Assembly (NCBI GenBank): GCA_964458765.1
Contig: CAYWKN010000004.1
Span: forward strand, 1 to 41,148
Length of the DNA stretch: 41,148 nucleotides
Reading direction: 5' to 3'
From: an uncultured Verrucomicrobiota bacterium
GTDB taxonomy: Bacteria > Verrucomicrobiota > Kiritimatiellia > CAIKKV01 > CAITUY01
The position numbers and the translations under genes were made by a program. The notes below the pieces were generated by a model. The model worked only from the letters and a program-made list of their open reading frames with translations. It made no database searches and was not told the DNA's origin. Shown in pieces: positions 1-9,442 of this stretch (position 1 is its first letter; each line of letters begins with the position of its first letter).

Positions 1-687
1 GCGACGAAGAACGCGGTGTGGGTTGACGAGGATCACCTGGTGCTGCGGGACACGGACGGGCAGATGCGCGCCTGGCTCGGGATTGCCGAGGGTGGCCCCC
101 GCCTGATCTTTTTTGACGGGGCTGGGCAGCAGCGCATGGGCGTTGGCATGACCCGCCAGGGCGATCCGGCCCTGGCCATCTACGATCCGGGCGAAACCCC
201 CCGGGTTGTGCTGGGCATTGTGGAGGAATGGCCCGGCTTTGTGCTGCGCGACACCCAGGGGCGGAAGCGGGTGGCTCTCTACAGCCGCGACGATTGGGGC
301 ACCCTCTACTTCTATGACAAGCGAGAGACGCGCAAGGTTGGCCTGGGCCAGTTTGGCGAGGCCGCGGCACTGAATATGTGCGATGACGACGGGAAGGACC
401 GGGCCGGCATAACTGTGGACCGCCACGGGTCGAGCTTGAGTTTCTTCGACATCGGGCGCGTCAAGAGGATCGGGCTGGGGTTGCGCAGGGAGGGTGATGC
501 GGCCATGGGCATGTTTGACGCGGACGGTCGCGCGGTGGTTTCGCTGACAGCGCCGGAAGGCGCTCCCAACCTGCAGTTGTATGGGACCAACCGCCTGGAA
601 ATTGCGCTCGGGTTCGATATCACGAACAGGACGCCGCGAGCGGAATTCCTGGATCCCCATCGTAAACCGATATGGCAGGCGCCCTGA
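1..687 (+). CDS. Hypothetical tandem beta-repeat protein (probably 5'-partial)
   Basis: Frame 1 is open from position 1 to TGA 685-687. It holds about 10 repeats of 22-23 aa with consensus L-x-phi-x-D-x-x-G-x-x-R-x-x-L-G. The stop lies just before the argF RBS. Confidence 0.75.
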   Translation, partial: ATKNAVWVDEDHLVLRDTDGQMRAWLGIAEGGPRLIFFDGAGQQRMGVGMTRQGDPALAIYDPGETPRVVLGIVEEWPGFVLRDTQGRKRVALYSRDDWGTLYFYDKRETRKVGLGQFGEAAALNMCDDDGKDRAGITVDRHGSSLSFFDIGRVKRIGLGLRREGDAAMGMFDADGRAVVSLTAPEGAPNLQLYGTNRLEIALGFDITNRTPRAEFLDPHRKPIWQAP

Positions 688-704
688 CACCGGAAGGAGA
701 GAGA

Positions 705-1712
705 ATGAAAGGTAAAATTGTGTTGCGTGGCAGGAGTCTGCTTACGCTGAATGACATGGCGGACGGGGAACTTCACCACCTGCTGGATCTCGCGCGAGTG
801 CTGAAAGACAGGAAGCGTCGGGGCCTTCGGGGCGATTCGTTGCGCCATCGCAATATCGCGCTGATATTCGAGAAGTCTTCTACGCGTACCCGTTGCGCGT
901 TTGTGGCGGCCGCGAATGACGAGGGTGCCCACGCGGAGTACCTGGATGTGCATGACATCCATATCGGGCGCAAGGAGTCCATCGCGGACAGCGCCCGGGT
1001 TCTGGGGCGTTTTTTTGACGGCATTGCCTTCCGCGGGTACAAGCAGAGCACCGTGGAAATGCTGGCGCGATACTCCGGCGTTCCGGTCTGGAACGCGCTG
1101 ACGGACGACTGGCATCCCACCCAGGTTCTGGCGGACCTGATGACGGTCCAGGAGGCATTCGGCGGTCTCAAGGGGCTGAAGGTTGTCTACGTGGGTGACG
1201 GCCGGAACAATGTCGCCAATTCCCTTATGATGGGTTGCGCCAGGACCGGCATGCATTTTGTCAACTGCGCTCCGCCCGAATTGGCGCCGGCTCCGGAGTT
1301 ATGCCGGGAAGCCTCGCGGCTGGCGGCCGGGTCCGGCGGCAGCGTGGAAGTAAGCGACAAACCCTTCGAGGCCGTTCGAGGGGCCAATGTGGTTTACACG
1401 GATGTCTGGGTCTCCATGGGCGAGGAATCGAAGTTCGCCGAACGGGTGGCCCTGCTGCGGCCCTACCAGGTCAGCATGGACCTCATGCGCGCGACGGGAA
1501 ACATGGCGAGCGGGAGGGTGATTTTCCTGCACTGCCTGCCGGCTTTCCATGATGAGAAGACGGAGGTCACCCGGGCAATCGGTCCGATGGAAGTGACCGA
1601 CGAAGTCTTTGAAGCGCCGTTTTCGCGTGTGTTCGACGAGGCGGAGAATCGTCTGCATACGATCAAAGCCGTTATGGTGGCGACATTGGGGTGCGAGGAG
1701 GATCGAACGTGA
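705..1712 (+). CDS. argF: Ornithine carbamoyltransferase
   Basis: Motifs FEKSSTRTR, HPTQ, DVWVSMG, HCLPAFH and AENR. ATG 705 follows GGAAGGAGA. Confidence 0.95.
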   Translation: MKGKIVLRGRSLLTLNDMADGELHHLLDLARVLKDRKRRGLRGDSLRHRNIALIFEKSSTRTRCAFVAAANDEGAHAEYLDVHDIHIGRKESIADSARVLGRFFDGIAFRGYKQSTVEMLARYSGVPVWNALTDDWHPTQVLADLMTVQEAFGGLKGLKVVYVGDGRNNVANSLMMGCARTGMHFVNCAPPELAPAPELCREASRLAAGSGGSVEVSDKPFEAVRGANVVYTDVWVSMGEESKFAERVALLRPYQVSMDLMRATGNMASGRVIFLHCLPAFHDEKTEVTRAIGPMEVTDEVFEAPFSRVFDEAENRLHTIKAVMVATLGCEEDRT

Positions 1713-2782
1713 AACAGGCGCTTGCAGGCATGGCATGGGAAGCGTTCTCCGGCCTGGACGTGAACGGCAAGTCCGCCTGTCTGGCGCGGGAAGGGCTGTT
1801 CCACGTGCTTCTGGCGCAGCAGTTTGGCCGGCGGCGGCTGGACGAACTCGGGGCCCTGGCGACGGCCATCCGCCGCATTGCGAAGCAGGAGGAGGGAATG
1901 GTGTTTCTCCGTTCGCTGCTCTCGAACCGCCGGGCCATGCTCTATTTCAGCCAGCCCAGCAGCCGGACGTTTCTTTCCTTCTGCGCGGCATGTCAGATCC
2001 TGGGCATGCAGATCGGCGAGGTGCGGGACACGGCCACGTCCAGCGAATTCAAGGGGGAGTCGCAGGAGGATTCGGTCCGCACCTTCAGTTCCTATTTCGA
2101 TCTCATTGTAATGCGCTCACAGATCGGCGGGCTGGCGGAACGGATGGCCTGGGTGTTATCCAACACCGACCGGCCTGTACCGATCATCAACGCGGGATCC
2201 GGAAAGGACCAGCATCCGACCCAGGCGCTGCTGGATGTCTACACCCTGCAGCGGAGTTTTGAAAGGCAGGGCGGCATCGATGGCAAGACGATCATGTTTG
2301 TGGGCGATCTGGCCCGGGGCCGGACCGTGCGTTCCCTTGCCTGGCTGTTGACGAACTACAGCGGCATGAAGCTGCTCTTTGTGGCTCCGGCGGAGCTGCA
2401 GATTGGAAAGGACATCCTGGCGCTACTCGACGGGGCGGGTGTGCAATACGAGCTTCTGGCCGATTTCCCTGCGGCCATCCCGCGGGCCGATGCGATCTAT
2501 ATGACGCGGATCCAGGATGAATGGGACACGGCCGGGGAGAGCCAGAAGATCGACACGCGGCGTTACTGGTTTACCCGGGAGCACTTGTCTTTGCTCAAGC
2601 CGGATGCCGTGATCATGCATCCTTTCCCGCGTCGCCAGGAGATCGCGGTGGAGGTGGATGATGACCCCCGGGCGGTGTACTGGCGCCAGATGCGCAACGG
2701 CATGTGGATCCGGGCCGCGTTGATCGCCTCGATTTTCGCGAAGGATGCCGACATCCGATCCCAATGCCTGCAGACGCCGTGA
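1709..2782 (+). CDS. pyrB: Aspartate carbamoyltransferase catalytic subunit (variant motifs)
   Basis: Motifs PSSRT, KGES, INAGSG..QHPTQALLD, GDL..GRTVRS, MTRIQ and HPFPR. GTG 1709 overlaps the argF stop (GTGA) and follows GAGGAGG. Confidence 0.85.
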   Translation: MKQALAGMAWEAFSGLDVNGKSACLAREGLFHVLLAQQFGRRRLDELGALATAIRRIAKQEEGMVFLRSLLSNRRAMLYFSQPSSRTFLSFCAACQILGMQIGEVRDTATSSEFKGESQEDSVRTFSSYFDLIVMRSQIGGLAERMAWVLSNTDRPVPIINAGSGKDQHPTQALLDVYTLQRSFERQGGIDGKTIMFVGDLARGRTVRSLAWLLTNYSGMKLLFVAPAELQIGKDILALLDGAGVQYELLADFPAAIPRADAIYMTRIQDEWDTAGESQKIDTRRYWFTREHLSLLKPDAVIMHPFPRRQEIAVEVDDDPRAVYWRQMRNGMWIRAALIASIFAKDADIRSQCLQTP

Positions 2783-2795
2783 CATCGGAGGTCTT

Positions 2796-4211
2796 GTGTT
2801 GAACTGGAAAGCGCGCATATGGCTGTTGACTCTCCTGGCAGGTGGCCTGCAGGTGACGGCGGCTCCCGTTTCAGACTGGGGGTGCTTCTACTCCCAGGAT
2901 GGGGCGGCGGGCTTTGATCCGGGGTGGACAGCCGTTGGCCCGGTCCTGGAACACTCACGCGGGGGAGGCGTGGTGCTGGATGCGGTGCGGCCCTTCTACA
3001 CACGGGAGACCGACGGCCGGGGGCGCACGGTTACGGACGTCCTCTGGCCGGTGGCCACGATGCGGAAGTGGGGGAACGACTCCGACTGGCGCTTCCTGAC
3101 AGCCGTGGGGCATGATGATGACGCCGGCGATCCGGCCGGCGCATACCGGGCGTGGTTCCTGCCTTTCTTCTTCTTCGGCCGGAACCGGGCCGGGGAGGAC
3201 TACGGGGCCGTCTTCCCGTTGGGAGGAAGGATTGAAGGCTGGTACGGGCGCGACGAGGTTTCATTCATCCTTTTCCCGCTCTATGCGCGCAGCCGGCTGA
3301 AGGATATTGAGACCCATCACGTGCTCTGGCCCCTGCTGTCTCGCACGACAGGCGATGCCGTATACCAAGCTCGTTTCTTCCCTTTCTACGGATATTCCCG
3401 GCGGGGGGACATGATGGAGCGCACGTTTATCCTGTGGCCGGTTTGGAACCGGGTCAAGGACTGCAAGCCCGGGGCGTCGGGTGGAGGCTTCATGCTTTTC
3501 CCATTCGGCGGGCATGTGAAAATGGGGGATCAGGAGACATGGATGTTGTTGCCGCCTTTCTTCCGCCATACCCGGACCCGCGAGGGAACGGCAGGTGCCT
3601 GTCCATGGCCGCTGGTACAATGGCAGCAGGGGAAGAGCCGAAAGCTGTACGTCTGGCCTTTATATGGCAGGAGGACCAGTGAGGGAGACAATGTTTCCTT
3701 CTGGGCCTGGCCCCTGGTGTGGAAGGGACGCACGCAACGCGATGGAGTGCAGAGGGATCGTTTCCGGGTTTTTCCCGTCTACTCCCAGGAAGTGCTGCGG
3801 AAGGCCGATCAGAGCGGGACGGCGGTGGCGGACCGGTATGTCAGCGTGTGGCCGCTGGTATCCTACCGTCAGTCCGGCAGCAACACCACATGGCGCATGA
3901 TGGATCTCTGGCCTTTCCGTGATACACCGGCCATCGAACGGAATCTTGCTCCCTGGTGGACTGTGTATGACCGGCGGCGCACGGGGGAAGGAACCAGCGG
4001 ACGCCTCCTGTGGGGGCTGGCTCGGTGGTCCACCCGCAAGGACGGGGAAGTGTATCGGTCCTTGTTCCCCCTGGGGGCGATGCGGCGGGACAGGCAGGGC
4101 GATCGTTACCGCGAATGGGAGTTCCTGAAGGGAGCGGCAGGTTATCGCCGCGATGAATCCGGCAGGTCCTATCGGTTGTTGTATTTCCTCCGCTGGAGGT
4201 CCGGCCCATGA
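2796..4211 (+). CDS. Exported hypothetical protein with aromatic (W/F)P repeats
   Basis: GGAGG precedes GTG 2796 / TTG 2799. The N-terminus resembles a signal peptide (KARIWLLTLLAGGLQVTAA). About 20 phi-phi-(W/F)-P-phi-phi repeats. The stop overlaps the mlaE start (ATGA). Confidence 0.75.
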   Translation: MLNWKARIWLLTLLAGGLQVTAAPVSDWGCFYSQDGAAGFDPGWTAVGPVLEHSRGGGVVLDAVRPFYTRETDGRGRTVTDVLWPVATMRKWGNDSDWRFLTAVGHDDDAGDPAGAYRAWFLPFFFFGRNRAGEDYGAVFPLGGRIEGWYGRDEVSFILFPLYARSRLKDIETHHVLWPLLSRTTGDAVYQARFFPFYGYSRRGDMMERTFILWPVWNRVKDCKPGASGGGFMLFPFGGHVKMGDQETWMLLPPFFRHTRTREGTAGACPWPLVQWQQGKSRKLYVWPLYGRRTSEGDNVSFWAWPLVWKGRTQRDGVQRDRFRVFPVYSQEVLRKADQSGTAVADRYVSVWPLVSYRQSGSNTTWRMMDLWPFRDTPAIERNLAPWWTVYDRRRTGEGTSGRLLWGLARWSTRKDGEVYRSLFPLGAMRRDRQGDRYREWEFLKGAAGYRRDESGRSYRLLYFLRWRSGP

Positions 4212-5020
4212 TCACCCGCGAACCGCGATATTTCCCGCCGCCCCAGGATTGGCGGGGGCAAATCGGGAGGCAAGTCCTGACGACGACGCGGGATGCAGGC
4301 CGCGCCATGCTGCTCCTGGCGGAAGCGGTATGGTGCATCCGGCATATGATGGCACGGCGATCGCGGCAGGAGATCCTCAAGCAAATGGTGGCCGGGGGCA
4401 TCAAGAGTCTGGGGGTTATCACGGTTGTGGCCACCTTCACCGGAATGATCCTGGCGCTGCAGACGGGCATTGAGATGAGGCGGTTCGGGCAGGAAGTGTA
4501 TATCGGAGGCGCGGTCATGGTCTCCATGCTGCGGGAAATGGGGCCGTTCATGACAGGTCTGATCCTGGCGGCCAGTGTGGGATCGGCGATCGCGGCACAA
4601 ATGGGCACCATGGTGGTGTCCGAGGAAATCGCCGCCCTGGAACTGATGTCCATCAATCCGGTGCGCTTCCTCGTGATGCCGCGTCTGGTGGCGATGGCGG
4701 TCATGACGCCCCTGCTGTCCTTCTACAGCTGCATCATGGGGGTCGTGGGTGGCGGCGTGGTGGGAATGACGCAACTGGGAGTGCCGTGGTCGGCCTACAT
4801 TGACAATGCGACGCGGTTCGCGGAAAACAAGGACCTGTTTGTCGGCATGTTCAAGGCCTTTCTTTTCGGAATCATCATTGTCATAACGGCTTGCCACCAT
4901 GGCTTCGGCACGACGCAGGGAGCCGTCGGGGTTGGCAACGCCACGCGCCGGACGGTGATTCTCTCGTTCCTGGCCATCCTGATCGTGGGGTATTTCGTTA
5001 CAAGGCTTTTCTACGTATGA
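4208..5020 (+). CDS. mlaE: MlaE family ABC permease (MCE lipid transport)
   Basis: Motifs REMGP, GSAIAAQMGTM.VSEEIAAL, PVRFLVMPR and GAVGVGNAT are typical of MlaE. Confidence 0.92.
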   Translation: MITREPRYFPPPQDWRGQIGRQVLTTTRDAGRAMLLLAEAVWCIRHMMARRSRQEILKQMVAGGIKSLGVITVVATFTGMILALQTGIEMRRFGQEVYIGGAVMVSMLREMGPFMTGLILAASVGSAIAAQMGTMVVSEEIAALELMSINPVRFLVMPRLVAMAVMTPLLSFYSCIMGVVGGGVVGMTQLGVPWSAYIDNATRFAENKDLFVGMFKAFLFGIIIVITACHHGFGTTQGAVGVGNATRRTVILSFLAILIVGYFVTRLFYV

Positions 5021-5778
5021 TCCGCTTCGAAAATGTGACCAAGTTCCTCGGCGGCAGGCCCGTGCTGAACGGCGTGACGTTCGAGGTGCGGAAGGGCGAG
5101 ACCCTGGTGGTGGTGGGGCCGTCCGGGACGGGCAAGAGCGTTACCCTGAAGCACATGGTGCGCCTGATGACGCCGGACGAAGGTCGTGTCATGGTGGGTG
5201 GCGAGGTGATCAGCGAGGCAGCGGGGGAACGGCTGGAACGATTGCGGGAGAAGTTCGGGGTTCTGTTCCAGGGAGGCGCGCTTCTGGAATGGCTGACGGT
5301 GGGTGAAAATGTGGCGTTGCCTTTGCGGGAAAAGACTGATCTTTCCGAGGAGGAGATCGAGGAACGCGTGACGGTCAACCTGAAACTCGTGGGGTTGGAA
5401 GGGGATATCGACAAGTATCCGTCGGAAATATCGGGAGGGATGCGGAAGCGGGTGGGACTGGCCCGGGCCATCGTTTGCAAGCCGGAGATCATCCTGTATG
5501 ATGAGCCAACGTCGGGACTGGATCCCGTGTCGTCCCGGACCATTGACCAGTTGATTGACAGTATGCGGAACGAGCTCGGAGTGACGAGCGTTGTGGTTAC
5601 GCATGACCTGCACAGTGCGCTTTCCATCGGCAGCCGCATCGCGATGCTGACGGGAGGTCGCATTGTGGAACTGGCCGAGCCAGCCGCTTTTGTGCAATCC
5701 AGCCAGGAAGAAGTGAAGCTGTTCCTGGAGTCGCAATTCATCACACGCCGTGGAGAATGGGAGAGGAATATGCCATGA
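5017..5778 (+). CDS. mlaF: MlaF family ABC ATPase
   Basis: Walker A GPSGTGKS, signature ISGGMRKRVGLARA, Walker B YDEPTSGLDP and H-loop VVTHDL. ATGA overlap with mlaE. Confidence 0.93.
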   Translation: MIRFENVTKFLGGRPVLNGVTFEVRKGETLVVVGPSGTGKSVTLKHMVRLMTPDEGRVMVGGEVISEAAGERLERLREKFGVLFQGGALLEWLTVGENVALPLREKTDLSEEEIEERVTVNLKLVGLEGDIDKYPSEISGGMRKRVGLARAIVCKPEIILYDEPTSGLDPVSSRTIDQLIDSMRNELGVTSVVVTHDLHSALSIGSRIAMLTGGRIVELAEPAAFVQSSQEEVKLFLESQFITRRGEWERNMP

Positions 5779-6791
5779 AACAGTCGAGTATTGACCGGGA
5801 AATGACAATGGAGCTGATCGTCGGCACCTTCATGTTCATGATGCTGCTGGCGCTCGGGTACTTCACGATTGTTCTGGGGCGGGCCAGCCTCTTTGAGAAG
5901 AAGTTTCCGCTGGAGGTCGAGTTCAACGACGTGATGGGCTTGCGGAAGGATGACAATGTGGTCCTGCGGGGCATGACGGTCGGCAAGATCAAGTCATTGC
6001 GGCTGTCGGACGGGAAAGTGCGCGTTCTGGCGCTCCTGGACAGCCCTGTGCGGCTTCGGGAGGACTACCGGATCACCATTGTGACAACTTCCATCCTGGG
6101 GGGGCGTTACCTGGAGGTGAAGGAGGGCAGTGCCTCCGCACGAGTTCTGGCGCGGGACGTGATGCCCCAGGGACAGCCGCCGTTTGACCTGATGATGGAG
6201 GCGGCGGCGACCGTGCGCGACATCCGCCACTCCCTGAACGAGGGGGGCATCCTTACAAACCTGGAAGCGACGATTGCCTCCGTTCGGGAAGTTTCCGCCA
6301 AGATCAGCCGGGGGGAAGGGACCCTGGGCAAGCTTGTCCATGACGACGGCGTGTATAACGAGTTTCAAGCCGTTGGCAAGGATGTCCGGGAGGTCGTGGC
6401 GAAACTGCAGTCCACCCTGGACAAGGTGCAAAGCGGGGAGGGGACCTTGGGCAAGCTGATTGCGGACGATTCGGTCTACACGAATATCCAGGCTGTGGCC
6501 GTGAATCTGAGGGAAATCAGTGATCGCCTCAGTCAAGGGCAGGGAACACTGGGTCGGCTGCTTTCGAAGGATGATCAGTTGTATCGCGACGTTGCCGACA
6601 CCGCGACATCGCTCAAGAACCTGGCGGCAAAGGTGGAGCGCGGGGAAGGCTTGCTCGGCAAGCTGGCCACCGACGAGACCTTGTATAATGATGTCAAGGG
6701 AGCGGTTGGCGAGATTCGCGCGGCAGTGGAGGATTTCCGGGAGACCTCGCCCGTCGTGAGCTTCACGCAATTGCTGTTTGGAGCGTTCTAA
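5775..6791 (+). CDS. mlaD: MlaD/MCE protein with long helical repeat tail
   Basis: N-terminal TM, then an MCE domain (F.DVMGL...NV.LRG.TVGKI...SILGGRYL), then four G(E/Q)G(T/L)LG(K/R)L repeats. ATGA overlap with mlaF. Confidence 0.9.
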   Translation: MKQSSIDREMTMELIVGTFMFMMLLALGYFTIVLGRASLFEKKFPLEVEFNDVMGLRKDDNVVLRGMTVGKIKSLRLSDGKVRVLALLDSPVRLREDYRITIVTTSILGGRYLEVKEGSASARVLARDVMPQGQPPFDLMMEAAATVRDIRHSLNEGGILTNLEATIASVREVSAKISRGEGTLGKLVHDDGVYNEFQAVGKDVREVVAKLQSTLDKVQSGEGTLGKLIADDSVYTNIQAVAVNLREISDRLSQGQGTLGRLLSKDDQLYRDVADTATSLKNLAAKVERGEGLLGKLATDETLYNDVKGAVGEIRAAVEDFRETSPVVSFTQLLFGAF

Positions 6792-6854
6792 ACGGGCTGG
6801 CGGCTGCCGTCGTGCCGGCCTGATCCGGAGAGCAGTGCCCCTGGCCGGCGAAAC

Positions 6855-8531
6855 TCATTGGAGTTCCGAACCCTGTCCTGCCCGTTCCTGCCGGTTTGTC
6901 GGCGTGCCCGTGGCGGTAATGCCGGCTTTGATCCAGCCTCCGGACTGCCGGATCGCCACATGCACCTCTCCAATGCCCTGAACGCGTTCCGCCCATGACC
7001 GGGCAGTATCCAGCCGGTGTCGCACCTGCTGGGTTCCTTCCGGATTGCGGAACAGCAAGGAGATGGTGACGGCGGAAATCGCGTCCTTGAGCAGGCGGCT
7101 GGTTGCCGGAGTGCTGCACCAGACAGAGGCATCAATCCCGGTTTGAGGATCCATCATCGCTTGCCAGGCGTTGGCCTGCCTGATGGCGCTTCCGGATGGC
7201 AGGGCGTTGGCAATCCGTTGTTTCAGGACAGATGCGTTGCTCGCAAATATCAGCCAGCCGTCACGGAAAACCCATGCCACGCGTTCATCGGGCTCAAAGC
7301 GCCCATAGAGGTTCTTTCGGCTTTCCTCGATGAGGGTGATCGTGCCCTCGGACGCGGGAACGGGGTGGGGAATGAGGCCGAGCCCGTGCCGTGAATTGAG
7401 CCGGTCAAGACATTGCCCGACACGCCTGGCGGCATCCTGCGCGTCGGGGACCTGGAAACCCATCATCACGGTGGGCACTCTCAATCCTTTGAGAAATGGT
7501 GTCAGCGAATCACCCAAGGGGCCTCGAATCCGTCCGCAGTGGTTCCGGTTCAGAATGGCGGCGAATGCCATCGAGTTGGATGGAGGGGCGTCAATGAGAG
7601 GCTGGAGCGACTCCATCCAGGGCGGCACGGAAGGCGAATCGAGCAGTAAACTGCGAAGCCATGCTGTTGGAAGTGTCAGGACAAGGTCGGACGCTTCGCC
7701 CAGCAGGAGGGCGGGGGCCGTTCCCCGGGAAGACGCTGTGGTTCGGGGAAGGGCGCCAGGCAGAGCGATTTCGAATGCCATGCGATTGCGGTCCGGAATG
7801 CTGGCCTGGCAGGCGAGAAGAGCGGGAACATTGCGGGGCGGCAGGGGTGTGTGAGACATTCGAAACCAGGCCTGATGGGGCCGATCGGGACTGGGGCGCA
7901 AGCTGGCGGCCTGGATCGCAGGTTCCGTGAGTACGGACTTCCTGCCATACTGTCTGTCAAACGTCTGCACCAGGTATCGGGCGGCCACGGGATCTTCCGA
8001 GAGACAACCCACCACCACGCCTTCCACAAGCGCAACGGACAACTGCTGTCTGGGATTGGCCATGCGCAATCGCACGGTATAAATGGTTCGGCCGTACTCC
8101 TCCGCCATGCGGCGGATCAGCGAGGGGTGAAACCAGAAAACCTTCCACCGCAGTTTCTGGCTCTGATTGCCGACCCAGGAGGAAAACACCCATGCCGGCG
8201 CGCGGGAGGGCCCCAGGGATGGAACGTAGGCAATGGCCGTGGTGTCCTTTGCCAGGCGGTGGAGCCATGTCCGGCTTGCCCGGTTGGAGGCCAGCGCGGA
8301 CACCTCCTGTGTGGAGGCTCCGGAGGCGGACAGAAGAGCCTGAAACACGCTGTTGTCCACAAGCCGGGGACATTCGCTCGCCAAGTCGCGGTGGAGGCTG
8401 ACAAAGGTCGCTTCCGCAGGGATGGCGGCGAGGACACGCTCCGGCTTGTAGGGGACGTGAAGCACCCGCAGCAGGGCCGCCAGCAGGGCGACAATCAAGA
8501 TGCCGCTGAAGATCGCCCGCCGTCCGCTCAC
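6855..8531 (-). CDS. Membrane-anchored hypothetical protein
   Basis: 558-aa ORF with an N-terminal hydrophobic anchor (AIFSGILIVALLAALL). Its GTG overlaps the pyrD stop. No family recognised. Confidence 0.7.
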   Translation of the reverse strand: MSGRRAIFSGILIVALLAALLRVLHVPYKPERVLAAIPAEATFVSLHRDLASECPRLVDNSVFQALLSASGASTQEVSALASNRASRTWLHRLAKDTTAIAYVPSLGPSRAPAWVFSSWVGNQSQKLRWKVFWFHPSLIRRMAEEYGRTIYTVRLRMANPRQQLSVALVEGVVVGCLSEDPVAARYLVQTFDRQYGRKSVLTEPAIQAASLRPSPDRPHQAWFRMSHTPLPPRNVPALLACQASIPDRNRMAFEIALPGALPRTTASSRGTAPALLLGEASDLVLTLPTAWLRSLLLDSPSVPPWMESLQPLIDAPPSNSMAFAAILNRNHCGRIRGPLGDSLTPFLKGLRVPTVMMGFQVPDAQDAARRVGQCLDRLNSRHGLGLIPHPVPASEGTITLIEESRKNLYGRFEPDERVAWVFRDGWLIFASNASVLKQRIANALPSGSAIRQANAWQAMMDPQTGIDASVWCSTPATSRLLKDAISAVTISLLFRNPEGTQQVRHRLDTARSWAERVQGIGEVHVAIRQSGGWIKAGITATGTPTNRQERAGQGSELQ

Positions 8532-9442
8532 AACCGCAGGCTCCCCACGAGTTCGCGCACATCGGGGATGCCGTGCCGTTCGAGGTATTCCTGAATACCG
8601 GCAATCACAGTGAGCGCGGTCAGTGGTTCCGTGAAATTGGCCGTGCCGACCTGCACGGCTGTGGCGCCGGCAATCAGGAATTCTATGGCTTCCTGGGCGG
8701 AACGGATGCCGCCGATGGCCACCAAAGGCACCTTGACGGCCTTGGCGGCTTCATAGACCAGTTTCACGGCAATAGGGTGGATGGCCGGACCGCTCAACCC
8801 TCCTGTGACGTTCGCCAGGATCGGGCGCCGGGTCTCGATATCGATCGCCATGGCCGGGTACGAATTGATCAGCGAGATGGCGTCAGCGCCGTGGTCCGCG
8901 CAAGCCCGTGCGAAGGCGCCAATGTCCGAAACATTCGGGGCAAGCTTCGGGATGATGGGGATGCGGGTCCGCTTGCGCACGGCCGCAACGACACGGCCGG
9001 TGGCTTCCAGATTGGTGCCGAAAGCACTGCCCCCCGCTTTGATGTTGGGGCAGGAAATGTTGATTTCCAATGCGTGGATCCCCGGAACTTCATCCATGCG
9101 GGCGGCGACCTCGGCGTATTCCTCGATGGATTTCCCCCAGATATTGACGATTACGGCCACATCATGCCGCCGGAGAAAGGGCATATACTTATCGAGGAAT
9201 CCGTCCACACCGGGGTTCTGGAGGCCGATGGCATTGATCAGGCCTCCGGGCACTTCCACGAGGCGCGGTGTACGGTTGCCGTCCCATGGTCGCAAGCTGA
9301 TGCCCTTGACCACGATGGCGCCCAGTCGGCTGACATCCAGCAGCTCCGCGTATTCGGGGCCATAGCCGAAGGTTCCCGAGGCCACCATGACGGGGTTCTT
9401 CATGCGGATGCCGACGATTTGGACCTGGAGATCAGGTTTCAT
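8528..9442 (-). CDS. pyrD: Dihydroorotate dehydrogenase class 1B catalytic subunit
   Basis: Motifs NPVMVASGTFG, NAIGLQNPG, EINISCPN, KLAPN, GGLSGPAI and AVQVGTA. Confidence 0.95.
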   Translation of the reverse strand: MKPDLQVQIVGIRMKNPVMVASGTFGYGPEYAELLDVSRLGAIVVKGISLRPWDGNRTPRLVEVPGGLINAIGLQNPGVDGFLDKYMPFLRRHDVAVIVNIWGKSIEEYAEVAARMDEVPGIHALEINISCPNIKAGGSAFGTNLEATGRVVAAVRKRTRIPIIPKLAPNVSDIGAFARACADHGADAISLINSYPAMAIDIETRRPILANVTGGLSGPAIHPIAVKLVYEAAKAVKVPLVAIGGIRSAQEAIEFLIAGATAVQVGTANFTEPLTALTVIAGIQEYLERHGIPDVRELVGSLRL

